The position numbers and the translations under genes are program-made. A model generated the notes under the pieces. That model saw nothing but the letters and a program-made list of their open reading frames with translations, was not told the DNA's origin and did no database searches. From Spirochaetota bacterium (GTDB lineage: Bacteria > Spirochaetota > Spirochaetia > Treponematales > Treponemataceae): a stretch of 64,000 nucleotides of DNA. This document shows positions 40,470 to 50,900 of this stretch, one piece after another. The stretch spans positions 4,118-68,117 of the forward strand of contig JAEEQG010000031.1 of NCBI GenBank assembly GCA_016285185.1, written 5' to 3'. Position 1 is the first letter of the stretch. Each line of letters begins with the position of its first letter.

Positions 40470-41543
40470 ATGAAAAAAATTTTTGTAACAACGATTATTT
40501 TGTTTGTCTGTGCATTTTCTCTTTTTGCTCAGAATAATCTTCAACCTTTAGCAACTGTAAAAATCAATAAATCAGAAACTATAACTCTGGGACAGTTAAA
40601 AAGCAGGGTTGATTTGTATCAGCGACAGACAGGAACAACTTTGACATTTGAACAAAAAAAAGAAATTCTCAATGCGATGATTGATGAAAAACTGGTTGTT
40701 CAATCTGCTGCAAAAGCTGGAATTACTCTGACAGATGCTCAGGTAAATGAATACTATTTGAATTCTTTGGCTCAGATGGTAGGCAGACAGGTAACTGAGA
40801 ACGAATTTGCAGAAATGATAAAGGCTGAAATGGGAAAGACTTATGAAGTCTTTATGAAAGAACAGACAGGAATGACTGTTGCCGAATATAAAAAATACCT
40901 TAAGGAACAGATGGTTGCAAATCAGTACATCCTCAGTCTTAAGGAAAAAGAAGTTAATGCAGTAACAGTTTCTGACGATGAAGTTCGGAATTTTTATGAA
41001 ATTAACAGAACATCTTTTGTTCAGAGCGATACTCTGAAAATGCTTCTTGTTATCGCAAAAAAATCAGGTGATCCATCTGCTGCAAAAACACGTGCAACTA
41101 CACTTAACAGTGATTTGAAGGCAAAGAAAACAACTTCTGAAAAAATTAAGCAGGGTTCTGGATCAGGCTATGATGCAGGTGATTTTTATGTAGCAAAAAA
41201 TGCTACAGCTGCTGCACAGCTTGGTATGAATTATAACGATTTGCTTGAAATGTTCAAAAAGGACAAGGGTTTTATTTCTGAAGTAACAGAAACAGACACA
41301 GACTTTCAGTTTTGGCAGATTCTTGAAAAGCACAATGCGAAAATGCTTGGCTTGAGTGATGTTGTACAGCCGGGAACTTCTGTAACCGTATATGAATACA
41401 TCAAAGAGAATCTCAAAAACCAAAAGCAGTCACAGATTCTTGCTGCAGGTGTAAGCGATTTGACAAAATCATTAAGAGCTGATTCAAAGAACTTTAAGAT
41501 TGAAAAGAAAGATGATGCTCTGCAAAAGCTTTTAACCTGGTAA
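40470..41543 (+). CDS. SurA N-terminal-domain-like periplasmic chaperone
   Basis: Signal peptide, then ATVKINKSETITLGQLKSRV...ILNAMIDEKLVVQSAAKAGITLTDAQVNEY, which resembles the SurA_N architecture. I see no clear parvulin signature. Confidence 0.5.
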   Translation: MKKIFVTTIILFVCAFSLFAQNNLQPLATVKINKSETITLGQLKSRVDLYQRQTGTTLTFEQKKEILNAMIDEKLVVQSAAKAGITLTDAQVNEYYLNSLAQMVGRQVTENEFAEMIKAEMGKTYEVFMKEQTGMTVAEYKKYLKEQMVANQYILSLKEKEVNAVTVSDDEVRNFYEINRTSFVQSDTLKMLLVIAKKSGDPSAAKTRATTLNSDLKAKKTTSEKIKQGSGSGYDAGDFYVAKNATAAAQLGMNYNDLLEMFKKDKGFISEVTETDTDFQFWQILEKHNAKMLGLSDVVQPGTSVTVYEYIKENLKNQKQSQILAAGVSDLTKSLRADSKNFKIEKKDDALQKLLTW

Positions 41544-41571
41544 TATTTTTGGACAGTAGCATAATTGCAAC

Positions 41572-41600
41572 TTGTAAAAACCGTACTGGTTCTGTATAAT
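41572..41600 (+). promoter_or_regulatory. candidate nusB promoter TTGTAA-17-TATAAT embedded in the preceding terminator
   Basis: TTGTAA at 41572-41577 and TATAAT at 41595-41600 (in the hairpin loop). An SD (aggag) is followed by GTG at 41630. Confidence 0.4.
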
Positions 41601-41618
41601 CAGTACGGATTTTTTTTG
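41581..41618 (+). terminator. rho-independent terminator
   Basis: Perfect 8-bp stem ccgtactg (41581-41588) / cagtacgg (41601-41608) followed by atttttttt. Confidence 0.7.
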
Positions 41619-41629
41619 TAGGAGTTGTT

Positions 41630-42055
41630 GTGGCAAGACGCAAAAGTAGAATAATTGCTTTTCAGGCATTGTATTCATGGGATGTAAATGCCGTTCCACT
41701 GGAAGAACTTTTGGAATTTTCCTGGGTTGACAGTGCTGTGCTTGACAGAATGGGAGCTGATAATCTGCTTTTTACAAAGCTGTTGATTTCCGGAACTATT
41801 GAAAACATTGAAGAAATTGATTCCGTCATAAAAAAGCATTTAACCGCAAAGTGGAGTTTTGAACGTATAAGCAAAGTAGATTTGGCTGTTTTACGGCTTA
41901 GTGTATATCCTCTGTTGTATCAAAAGGATATGCCTGCATCCATAATAATAGATGAGGCTATTGATATTTCAAAGGAATTCGGTTCTGACGATTCATTCAA
42001 ATTTATAAATGGAGTTTTAGACAGCGTAAAAAACGCTTACAGATCTGAATCATGA
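41630..42055 (+). CDS. nusB: transcription antitermination factor NusB
   Basis: ARRKSRIIAFQALYSW and EFGSDDSFKFINGVLD are typical of NusB. Confidence 0.85.
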   Translation: MARRKSRIIAFQALYSWDVNAVPLEELLEFSWVDSAVLDRMGADNLLFTKLLISGTIENIEEIDSVIKKHLTAKWSFERISKVDLAVLRLSVYPLLYQKDMPASIIIDEAIDISKEFGSDDSFKFINGVLDSVKNAYRSES

Positions 42056-43734
42056 TGAAAAAGCTTCTTTTAGTCGTTTTTGTGGTCTTTATTGTATCAA
42101 TATTTTATTCCTGTAAACAGGAATCAGTTGCATATTCATTTGCCGGAAGCATGGATCAGATAGACACATATATTGTAGCCGGTCAGATGAAACAAGCAGC
42201 CGCTATGCTTAAAAAACTTTCAAAGAATGCATCATCTGTCGAAGAATGGCTTGCTTTGTATAAAAGATACATGAAAATCGGCAGAAAGGACGAAGCGGAA
42301 AAACTCATAAAAAAAGCTTATTACAACCACAGTGATTTATTAGAATTACGGGCAGTATATGCACATTGTTTGATTCAAAAGAATAAGCTCTCAGAAGCTG
42401 AAAAAATTGCTTTGCCCTTGGAAGGTACTTTATACGGTTCAATTCTTACAGAGATAAAATTCCGAATTGCCGGTCTGGAACAGGATTATTTCAAGCCGGA
42501 GTTTGTAACAACATTTATAGATGCTGCAAAAGTAACGCATAATGGAACTTTCCTGCGAAATGCAGCGGTAATTGAAGCTCACGAAGGCCATATACAGGAA
42601 GCATACAAGTTACATCCCGAGACAGTCCCATTTAATGACCGCAAATTTTGGGCAGCAGTTGCCTATGATGCCGGTGATTTTACACAATCTTACATAGATT
42701 TGTCAGCATTGGAGGATTCTGCCGAGATAATGCTGTTAAGAGCAGATGCAGCTCTTTTTTTAGATGAACAGAAAGCCGCCTATACCTTGTGGTCTAATGC
42801 CCTTATTCATGATGAAAAATTCTCACCTGTTCCGCTTTACAATTTGTGTCTATATGCAAAAAAGAACGAAATGAACAGACTATGGGGCGAAAATGCAATA
42901 AAGCTTGTTACATTTTTCCCTGAATATGTGCCGGGACTGGTAGCTTACGGTGATTATGCGTATTTTTCGAATCATCCAGAGCAGGATGACCGCCTTACAG
43001 AAGCATTAAGGCGTACTGGATTAAAAACCTTGAAAATGGAAAAAGATTCCGACATGGAAATTGTGCCCGTTGCGGATGCTGTTTCCAGAATGAGTTCACA
43101 GCTTGAAAAAACCGATAATCCCTTACTGCTTGTTGAACGTGCAAAGCTTGAGTGGGAAAATTCAAACAGAAATAACGATGAAAAGCTGGTAGATATATGG
43201 CTTCTTATGGAAAAATATCCTGAAAACCAGGCTTTAAAAGAATATGCAATATGGCTTTTGTGTATGCAAAACCGTTTTTCAGAGGCGGAAGGAATTTTTC
43301 TGGTCAATCTTAATGAGAAATACGGTTCGGTAGATTATGTTGAACTGAAGGATAAAATGACTCCTCGTGAATGTGAATATGCGGCATTTTTCAAAACGCT
43401 TTCCGCCTCAGAACTCAAGGAATCATATGAAACGGCTTCTGTTTTGTACAACCACATGTTTGCTGCCGGAAATATAACTGTTCCATCTCTTATGAACAGT
43501 GCAGCGATTTACTACGCAAATACGGATATGCTCAAAGCAGAGGAACTTTTGCTCAAAGCTTCAAAACTTACTGCAGACACGAATACTAAAGCCGAAATTC
43601 AGTTTAGGCTAGCTAATATATATGTTGCAAAAAAGGCCGAAAAAGATGCTTTAATGTGTCTCACCTATGCACTTTCATTAAATCCAGGACACGCTAAAGC
43701 AAGGCTTTTGTTTAAACAGCTTGATGCACAGTAA
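42052..43734 (+). CDS. TPR-repeat lipoprotein
   Basis: The signal peptide ends in SIFYSC (lipobox-like). The rest is helical-repeat sequence. The start overlaps the nusB stop (ATGA). Confidence 0.55.
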   Translation: MMKKLLLVVFVVFIVSIFYSCKQESVAYSFAGSMDQIDTYIVAGQMKQAAAMLKKLSKNASSVEEWLALYKRYMKIGRKDEAEKLIKKAYYNHSDLLELRAVYAHCLIQKNKLSEAEKIALPLEGTLYGSILTEIKFRIAGLEQDYFKPEFVTTFIDAAKVTHNGTFLRNAAVIEAHEGHIQEAYKLHPETVPFNDRKFWAAVAYDAGDFTQSYIDLSALEDSAEIMLLRADAALFLDEQKAAYTLWSNALIHDEKFSPVPLYNLCLYAKKNEMNRLWGENAIKLVTFFPEYVPGLVAYGDYAYFSNHPEQDDRLTEALRRTGLKTLKMEKDSDMEIVPVADAVSRMSSQLEKTDNPLLLVERAKLEWENSNRNNDEKLVDIWLLMEKYPENQALKEYAIWLLCMQNRFSEAEGIFLVNLNEKYGSVDYVELKDKMTPRECEYAAFFKTLSASELKESYETASVLYNHMFAAGNITVPSLMNSAAIYYANTDMLKAEELLLKASKLTADTNTKAEIQFRLANIYVAKKAEKDALMCLTYALSLNPGHAKARLLFKQLDAQ

Positions 43735-43815
43735 TTTTATAGGATTCTATAATTCTGCTTTTTTTATTTGCGATTTTCAACAAACAGGAGTAAAATATAC
43801 TTTTAGGAGTCTTTT

Positions 43816-44892
43816 GTGAATGTTTCATTAAAAGAAAATTTGCGGAAATTTTTCTTTTGCGATGTAAGCGTTATTCTTCTGTTTAGTTTTATTCTTCATG
43901 TAGTATCTGTTTTTTATTTCCGCTATTATAATGACGACTTGTTTGTCTGGTACAGCATTATTTCTGCATGTCTACACCTGATTCACATTTTTTTCTACAG
44001 AAAAATACCGCATTATATTTCATTTGTCATTCTTGTTGTTCAAATTGATTTCTATGCGATCTTTTTTACTTTTCATGCAAGGCATCCTGCCGGTACGGAT
44101 TTGTTTACGCTGGGACTTTTAGCGGCAACATTTTTGCTTGCATACGATATGGAAAAACCCAGACATTTTTATACGTATACCGTAATTCCTACTGTTGTCG
44201 CGAATGGTTTTATGGCGTATTATTATTTCCATGATATGGCAGAAACTCTGCCGTTCCCGTTTTCTTTTTACCGCATACACAACGTTGTAGCATGTGTTTC
44301 AATTACTGTTCTGCTCATATACCTTTGTTCTTCCGTCGAACGCAAGTTGATATTAACTGCCAAAAAGGCTGCTGCCCGGCAGGAAGCTCTGCAGTATGCG
44401 GCAAACCATGATTCGCTGACAACTCTGATCAACAGAAGACGTATCTGGGAACACTTGGCGCAGGCCCATCAGAACAAACAGAAATATGGAAGTGAATACT
44501 CAATTTGTATATGCGATATTGATGATTTTAAAGGTATAAACGATACTTATGGCCACAGCTGTGGAGATGAGGCCCTGCATGCTACGGCACTACTAATGCA
44601 TGATAGTATCCCTTCAAATGTAAAAGTCGGACGTTGGGGCGGAGAGGAATTTCTTTTTCTGTTCCCGTCAAATTCAGAACAGGTGGTTAAAGACATAGAG
44701 TCATTGAGAATTTTGATTTCGGAAAACGTATTGTCCTATAAGGATCGTAAGTTTACAATATCCATGACCTTTGGTATCAGTTCTTCCAAAAACTTTAAAA
44801 ACACCGACGATGTTCTTGTTGATGCTGACAACTGTCTTAACAGGGGCAAACAAAACGGAAAGAACTGTGTTGTTGTTTCCGATAACTTTTAA
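43816..44892 (+). CDS. membrane-bound diguanylate cyclase (GGDEF domain)
   Basis: About 5 N-terminal TM segments, DSLTTLINRR, DIDDFKGINDTYGH and RWGGEEFLFLF. It uses a GTG start with an SD (aggag). Confidence 0.85.
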   Translation: MNVSLKENLRKFFFCDVSVILLFSFILHVVSVFYFRYYNDDLFVWYSIISACLHLIHIFFYRKIPHYISFVILVVQIDFYAIFFTFHARHPAGTDLFTLGLLAATFLLAYDMEKPRHFYTYTVIPTVVANGFMAYYYFHDMAETLPFPFSFYRIHNVVACVSITVLLIYLCSSVERKLILTAKKAAARQEALQYAANHDSLTTLINRRRIWEHLAQAHQNKQKYGSEYSICICDIDDFKGINDTYGHSCGDEALHATALLMHDSIPSNVKVGRWGGEEFLFLFPSNSEQVVKDIESLRILISENVLSYKDRKFTISMTFGISSSKNFKNTDDVLVDADNCLNRGKQNGKNCVVVSDNF

Positions 44893-44967
44893 TCAAATCT
44901 ACGTTTCTTGACAAATATACGGAAAAAGTGCATAAATACAAAAATTGCTGGAATACAAAGGTTTATT

Positions 44968-46602
44968 ATGGCTCAAAAAGACACAAACAGTATTACGATA
45001 CTTGATTCTACACTTCGTGACGGTGCACAGGGTGAAGGTATAAGTTTTTCTGTTCAGGATAAAATCCATATTGTCGAAGCTCTGGATGAGCTTGGTGTCA
45101 GTTTGATAGAAGCCGGAAATCCTGGTTCAAATCCAAAGGATTTGGAATTTTTTCAATATGCACAGAAAATGAGCCTTGAACATGCCAAGATTGCTGCTTT
45201 TGGGGCTACTCGGAGAAAAGGTATAACTCCGCAGGAAGATATGCAGGTTCAGAGCTTGCTTGCGGCAAATACAGAAAATGTTGTTATATTCGGAAAAGCA
45301 TGGGATTTCCAGGTTACTGAGATTTTAAAAGCAACTCTGGAAGAGAACCTTGCAATGATTGGTGAAACAACAGCGTTTTTGACAAGCGAAGGCAGGACTG
45401 TTCATTTTGATTCCGAGCATTTTTTTGACGCATGGTTTTCCAACAAAACTTATACATTGAAAACACTTGAAGTCGCTGTTGAAAACGGAGCTTCTTCGCT
45501 CGTTCTATGTGATACCAAAGGTGGAACAATGCCGCTTATGGTTTTGCAGGCAGTAAAAGAAGTTAAGGAATATTTTGATTCCTGGTGCGAAAAAAATCAC
45601 AAAAATCCTGTTCAGATAGGAATCCATACTCACAATGATACCGGCTTGGCAGTAGCAAATTCGTTGATGGCCGTAGAGGGCGGTGCAACACAGGTTCAGG
45701 GGACATTATTGGGATTTGGAGAGCGTACAGGAAACGCAAATCTTTCTACAATTATGGCAGATTTGGAATTGAAACTCGGTATTAAATGTCTGCCTGATGG
45801 CAAAATAAGACAGCTTACTTCCGTTGTTCGCAGAATTGCTGAAATTGCCAACGTTAATTTGGAAAATGGAATGCCTTATGTCGGTTTGAACGCTTTTGCA
45901 CATAAAGCCGGAATGCACATTGACGCAGTAACCAAAAATCCGTTGGCTTATGAGCATGTTGAGCCCGAAAGTGTCGGTAATGACAGAGTATTCCTTATGA
46001 GCGAAGTTGCCGGCAGGTCAATGATTATAGAAAAAATCCGAAAGTTTGATTCTTCTCTAAATAAAAATTCACCTATAGTTGCTGATATTGTAAAACAAGT
46101 AAAGCAGCTGGAACATGATGGATATCAGTTTGAAGGTGCCGACGGCAGTTTTGAGTTACTTGTACGCAAAATGATAGGCAAGTACCAGCCGTTTTTCAAA
46201 CTGCACTATTACAAAACTATCGGTGAAAAACCATGCGTAGAAAGTACTCTATGTTCATTTGCACAGCTTAAAATTGAAGTTGAAAATCAGATAGAAATAA
46301 CTGCAGGAGAAGGTGACGGACCTGTACATGCACTCGATGTTGCACTTAGAAAGGCTCTTGAACGATTTTATCCGAATGTGCGTGAAATCCGTCTTACGGA
46401 CTATAAGGTTCGTGTCCTTGATTCAAAGAGTGCAACAGCGGCAAAGGTTAGAGTATTAATTGAAAGTTCAGATGGCAATGACAGTTGGATAACAGTCGGA
46501 GTTTCCGCCGATATAATGGAAGCATCCTGGTTTGCATTGGTTGATTCATTCGAGTATAAGTTGATAAAAGACGTAGAAAAGCGTTTTAAAAAATATTTGT
46601 AA
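44968..46602 (+). CDS. cimA: (R)-citramalate synthase (LeuA/HCS family with LeuA-dimer regulatory domain)
   Basis: ILDSTLRDGAQGEGISFS, HTHNDTGLAVANS, and a C-terminal LeuA_dimer-like domain. I prefer the ATG at 44968 over the TTG at 44908. A promoter TTGACA (44907-44912) lies upstream. Confidence 0.7.
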   Translation: MAQKDTNSITILDSTLRDGAQGEGISFSVQDKIHIVEALDELGVSLIEAGNPGSNPKDLEFFQYAQKMSLEHAKIAAFGATRRKGITPQEDMQVQSLLAANTENVVIFGKAWDFQVTEILKATLEENLAMIGETTAFLTSEGRTVHFDSEHFFDAWFSNKTYTLKTLEVAVENGASSLVLCDTKGGTMPLMVLQAVKEVKEYFDSWCEKNHKNPVQIGIHTHNDTGLAVANSLMAVEGGATQVQGTLLGFGERTGNANLSTIMADLELKLGIKCLPDGKIRQLTSVVRRIAEIANVNLENGMPYVGLNAFAHKAGMHIDAVTKNPLAYEHVEPESVGNDRVFLMSEVAGRSMIIEKIRKFDSSLNKNSPIVADIVKQVKQLEHDGYQFEGADGSFELLVRKMIGKYQPFFKLHYYKTIGEKPCVESTLCSFAQLKIEVENQIEITAGEGDGPVHALDVALRKALERFYPNVREIRLTDYKVRVLDSKSATAAKVRVLIESSDGNDSWITVGVSADIMEASWFALVDSFEYKLIKDVEKRFKKYL

Positions 46603-46622
46603 AAAAAACGGAGAGGTGTGGT

Positions 46623-46985
46623 ATGGTTATTCAGGAAGCTGGTGAAATGTATCTTGAAACAATTTATGTACTTTCAAAAGAGCTGCCTAAGGTTCGTGCT
46701 GTTGACATAACAAAAAAAATGGGCTTTTCAAAACCTACGATAAGCATTCAGATGAAAAAATTCCGTGAAAATGGTTATGTCACAGTAAATGAAGACGGTG
46801 GAATTGTGCTTACAAAGCAGGGACTTGAGATTGCGGAGCGCATTTACGAACGCCATGTTGTTATTTCACAGATTTTGATAAAACTCGGTGTTGATGAACC
46901 TACAGCATATCAGGATGCATGTAGGATTGAGCACTATATAAGCGATACAACCTTTCAGTGCATGAAACGCCATTTTAAGGACTGA
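46623..46985 (+). CDS. DtxR/MntR-family metal-dependent transcriptional regulator (short, 120 aa)
   Basis: AGEMYLETIYVL...VRAVDITKKMGFSKPTISIQMKKFRENGYV is the HTH; HVVISQILIKLGV...ACRIEHYIS is the dimerisation/metal region. Confidence 0.75.
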   Translation: MVIQEAGEMYLETIYVLSKELPKVRAVDITKKMGFSKPTISIQMKKFRENGYVTVNEDGGIVLTKQGLEIAERIYERHVVISQILIKLGVDEPTAYQDACRIEHYISDTTFQCMKRHFKD

Positions 46986-46998
46986 TACAACTGTATCT

Positions 46999-47026
46999 TT
47001 TACATAATACTTATTTTTGATATAAT
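46999..47026 (+). promoter_or_regulatory. sigma-70-type promoter TTTACA-16-TATAAT; the -10 ends 6 nt before the prfA ATG
   Basis: TTTACA at 46999-47004, TATAAT at 47021-47026, ATG at 47033, no SD. Confidence 0.45.
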
Positions 47027-47032
47027 TCTCTT

Positions 47033-48103
47033 ATGATTAAGAAACTTGAACAGTTACAGATACGATATAATGAATTAGCCGAAGAAATTCAAGATCCGGA
47101 TTTGCTCAAAGATCCTAAAAAATATAAGGATTTGATGAGGGAACATTCTCATCTGACTTCCGTTATGGAAGCATACGAAGAATATAAAACAATATTGAAA
47201 GGAATAGAAGATTCCAAAGCCATGATTACGCACGAAACGGATCATGAACTCAAGGAAATGGCAAGGGAAGAATTGGCTTCACTTGAAGAGCAGCTGCCGC
47301 CTCTTGAAGAAAAAATAAAGATGTTGCTTATTCCGCCGGATCCTCTTGAAGAAAAAAACATAATAATGGAAATCCGTGGTGGTACCGGCGGTGACGAATC
47401 TTCTCTTTTTGCCGCAGATTTGTTCCGTATGTATACACGCTATGCCGATATGAAAGGCTGGAAATACGAAGTCATGGATGCCAATGAGACAGAGGTCGGC
47501 GGCTATAAGGAAATCTCGCTTTCAATAAGCGGCAAGTATGTATACGGCAGTCTTCGCTACGAAAGCGGTGTTCACCGTGTTCAGCGTGTTCCCGAAACCG
47601 AAAGTCAGGGACGAGTTCACACAAGTGCTGTAACTGTTGCGGTTCTTCCTGAGGCGGAAGAAACCGAAATTGAAATACGCCCTGAAGATTTGCGTGTTGA
47701 TGTTATGCGTGCCGGTGGACACGGCGGTCAGTGCGTTAATACGACCGATTCTGCCGTACGTTTGACACACCTGCCTACAGGACTTGTTGTAATCCAGCAG
47801 GATGAAAAAAGCCAGCTGCGCAACAAGGAAAAAGCAATGCGTGTTTTGCGCGCCCGCCTTTTTGATTTGGAAGAATCAAAAAAGAACGCAGCCCGTGCCG
47901 CTGAACGCAAGAGTATGGTAGGTTCCGGTGATCGTAGTGAAAGAATCCGTACCTACAACTTTCCTCAGAACAGACTTACAGATCACCGCATAAATCTTAC
48001 ATTATACAAGCTTGATCAGATAATGCAGGGATACCTTGATGAACTTATAGACGCACTCTGCATTTATGCAAAAGAAGAGCAGCTGAAAAGCAGCGGTAAT
48101 TGA
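47033..48103 (+). CDS. prfA: peptide chain release factor 1
   Basis: PET tripeptide motif ([10 protein letters not shown]) and the GGQ motif ([17 protein letters not shown]). Confidence 0.95.
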   Translation: MIKKLEQLQIRYNELAEEIQDPDLLKDPKKYKDLMREHSHLTSVMEAYEEYKTILKGIEDSKAMITHETDHELKEMAREELASLEEQLPPLEEKIKMLLIPPDPLEEKNIIMEIRGGTGGDESSLFAADLFRMYTRYADMKGWKYEVMDANETEVGGYKEISLSISGKYVYGSLRYESGVHRVQRVPETESQGRVHTSAVTVAVLPEAEETEIEIRPEDLRVDVMRAGGHGGQCVNTTDSAVRLTHLPTGLVVIQQDEKSQLRNKEKAMRVLRARLFDLEESKKNAARAAERKSMVGSGDRSERIRTYNFPQNRLTDHRINLTLYKLDQIMQGYLDELIDALCIYAKEEQLKSSGN

Positions 48104-48119
48104 TTACAATTTATTGTAC

Positions 48120-49028
48120 ATGAATGAAGGTATTAATAATTCCGGTACAGTTGGCTTTTGGCGCAACTGGGGAACAAAACGCCTCTCCGAATCTGCAACA
48201 GCTTCTCCCTCTTTGGATTCAATGCTTCTTTTAGCCTTTGCGCTTGAAACATCCAAAAACAACCTTTTTGTCCATGATTCTGATGTAGTTCCTGAGTTAA
48301 AGGCTAATACCTTTAAAGAATTTATAGAACGCCGCCTGAAGGGTGAACCGGTTGCATACATTACGGAGCAAAAAGCATTCTGGAAACATGATTTTTATGT
48401 AAACCATTCCGTTCTTATTCCTAAACCCGATACCGAAATACTTGTTGAAAAAGCTGTTCAGATTCTCAAACAAAAAAAAGAAAAAAAAGAACTTTGTATT
48501 GCAGATGTATGTACCGGTAGCGGTTGTATTGCTGTTTCTGTTTATTCTGAGCTTATACATTTTCTGCCGGCAGAAGAATATGATATACAATTTTTTGCTA
48601 CAGATATTTCTGATAAAGCATTATCTGTTGCAAAGAAAAATGCTGATTCAATTTTAGGCAGCGGATATAAAATTAACTTTCTTAAGGGTGATTTGCTTGA
48701 GCCCATTTTACGGACAGGGCTGCAGTTTGATTTGATTATGTCAAATCCTCCTTATGTACCGTCAAAAATAGTAAGTGAGCTGCTCCAGGACGGACGGAAT
48801 GAACCGGAACTTGCACTTGATGGTGGAGAAGACGGCTTGAAACTAATCAGACAAATGATTCCTCAGGTCTGGAATGCTCTTGCAAAAAACGGTATACTGC
48901 TTGTTGAAACCGGTGAATACAATGCGGATGAAACACGAAATCTGTTAAAAAAACGAGGTTTTGTAAATATCCTGACATACACCGATCTTGGAGGACAGCA
49001 GCGGCTTACAATTGCTGAAAAAGTATGA
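48120..49028 (+). CDS. prmC: release-factor glutamine N5-methyltransferase
   Basis: DVCTGSGCIA (SAM site), NPPY, and a position directly after prfA. I prefer the ATG at 48120 over the TTG at 48114. Confidence 0.85.
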   Translation: MNEGINNSGTVGFWRNWGTKRLSESATASPSLDSMLLLAFALETSKNNLFVHDSDVVPELKANTFKEFIERRLKGEPVAYITEQKAFWKHDFYVNHSVLIPKPDTEILVEKAVQILKQKKEKKELCIADVCTGSGCIAVSVYSELIHFLPAEEYDIQFFATDISDKALSVAKKNADSILGSGYKINFLKGDLLEPILRTGLQFDLIMSNPPYVPSKIVSELLQDGRNEPELALDGGEDGLKLIRQMIPQVWNALAKNGILLVETGEYNADETRNLLKKRGFVNILTYTDLGGQQRLTIAEKV

Positions 49029-50785
49029 ACAACACTCCCCGAATTCTTGCAGCTATAGAATTCTCAAAAACGCATCCTTCTTTGACAAGCGAAGATGACT
49101 ATGCAGGACACAGGGAACGTGTTGCCGAAATACTTTCTCAGCTGAATATGGATGAAGACACAATAATTGCCGGACTTTTGCATGACGGTGGTTATGATGC
49201 AGCTCAAAAGGAGCAGATTTCTTCATTATTCGGCAGTTCGGTATTAAATCTCTTGGATGAAACGGCAAAAATAAGTCGTCTTACCATGAAGTGCGACAGT
49301 CGTCAGAGAACGGAATCTGTTCGTAAGATGATTTTTGCTCTTATAGATGACATTCGTGTAATAATGATAAAACTGGCTGACAAGCTGGACAGAATGCGTA
49401 ATCTGAAGGGTGTAGATCCTGAAAAGCAGAAAAAAACTGTTCAGGAAGCCATAGGAATATGGGCTCCTATTGCCAATAGACTAGGTATTTCTTCCATAAA
49501 AGATGAACTTGAAGATTTAAGTTTAAAATATTCCAATCCAGAGGTTTTCGCCCAAATAAAAAGCATTGTTGCGCAAAAAAAAGACGAGCGTTCCGTATAT
49601 CTTCAGAAAGCTGTTGATGAAATTACAACAAATGCTGCTCAAGCCGGTATTAATGTCAGTGTGTATGCGAGAGCCAAGCATTTTTATTCAATTTACCAAA
49701 AAATGCGAAAGCGCAATAAAGGTCCTGATGAAATTTACGATCTTCTTGCCATGAGAATTTTGTGCCGCAATACTGTTGAGTGTTATACAATCATAGGAAT
49801 TGTTCATACATTGTGGAAACCCGTTGACGGACGCTTTAAGGATTATATCGCAAAACCCAAGCCCAACGGTTATCAGTCGCTGCATACGACAGTCATGTGT
49901 GCCGGACGACCGCTTGAGATTCAGATTCGTACTTATGCCATGCACGAAACCGCAGAAAACGGAGTCGCAAGTCATTGGCTCTACAAAAAGGGTACAAACC
50001 GAGATTCTGTGACCGAAAAAAATCTGCCTGTAGTCAATCAGATGAAGGAACTGGGTAAAGATCTTGTTTCCGGTACTGAAAATGAACAGGCTCGTAATGA
50101 GTTTTTCAAAAAAATAAAAGAAGAGCTTTTAGGAACATCCGTATTTGTCTTTACACCGAAAGGCGACGTAATAGAACTCCCTGCAGGGGCGTGTGCCATT
50201 GATTTTGCTTATGCTGTTCATTCTTCTGTAGGACAAAAGATTTCCGCGGCAAAAGCTGATGGTGTTATAATTCCTCTTTCAATGCCGCTCAAAAACACGC
50301 AGGTCATCGAGATTATTACAAGTCAGTCAGCACGTCCGACTGTTAATCAGCTTGAACAGGTAAAAACTTCAAAAGCACGCGCAAAAATCCGTTCGTGGCT
50401 TGCCGAAAATGGTTCTGCTTTTGTAAAATCCAACAAACCTGAAACAACTGAAGATACTCGCCTGAACTCTTCCGGTGTACATCGAGGACAAACAAAAGAG
50501 CAGTATTTACGCTCACTTAATAACGGTGAATTACCGGAAAGTGCCCCTCATATTATACCGCGAATCCGTATCGGCGATACATCCAATTTTATGGTTTCTT
50601 TCGCCCGTTGCTGCAACCCCTTATACGGTGACTCCGTAGTAGGTTATGTATCAAGAGGTCGTGGTATTATTGTACATAAAGAAAACTGCCCCAATGTATG
50701 GCGCATAGAGAACATTGAGCAGCGTATGGTGCATGTGGAATGGATGGAAAAAGACGATTCTGCCGCTCCTAAAACCAAGAACTGA
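49025..50785 (+). CDS. RelA/SpoT-homologue (p)ppGpp synthetase, short form
   Basis: Synthetase motifs (YDLLAMRILC, DYIAKPKPNGYQSLHTTV, EIQIRTYAMHETAENGVASHWLYK), a TGS domain, and a Cys-rich ZFD (FARCCNPLYGD...HKENCPN). It ends at 586 aa with no ACT/RRM domain. Confidence 0.85.
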   Translation: MNNTPRILAAIEFSKTHPSLTSEDDYAGHRERVAEILSQLNMDEDTIIAGLLHDGGYDAAQKEQISSLFGSSVLNLLDETAKISRLTMKCDSRQRTESVRKMIFALIDDIRVIMIKLADKLDRMRNLKGVDPEKQKKTVQEAIGIWAPIANRLGISSIKDELEDLSLKYSNPEVFAQIKSIVAQKKDERSVYLQKAVDEITTNAAQAGINVSVYARAKHFYSIYQKMRKRNKGPDEIYDLLAMRILCRNTVECYTIIGIVHTLWKPVDGRFKDYIAKPKPNGYQSLHTTVMCAGRPLEIQIRTYAMHETAENGVASHWLYKKGTNRDSVTEKNLPVVNQMKELGKDLVSGTENEQARNEFFKKIKEELLGTSVFVFTPKGDVIELPAGACAIDFAYAVHSSVGQKISAAKADGVIIPLSMPLKNTQVIEIITSQSARPTVNQLEQVKTSKARAKIRSWLAENGSAFVKSNKPETTEDTRLNSSGVHRGQTKEQYLRSLNNGELPESAPHIIPRIRIGDTSNFMVSFARCCNPLYGDSVVGYVSRGRGIIVHKENCPNVWRIENIEQRMVHVEWMEKDDSAAPKTKN

Positions 50786-50900
50786 TTATTATTTTTTTAA
50801 GTATGTGTTAAGTAAAATTCCCTATTTTTTTATTACTTGTCGTGATGCACACTAATTTAAGTTACATTATGAATGTAATAGACAAAATGGAGGATTAAAA

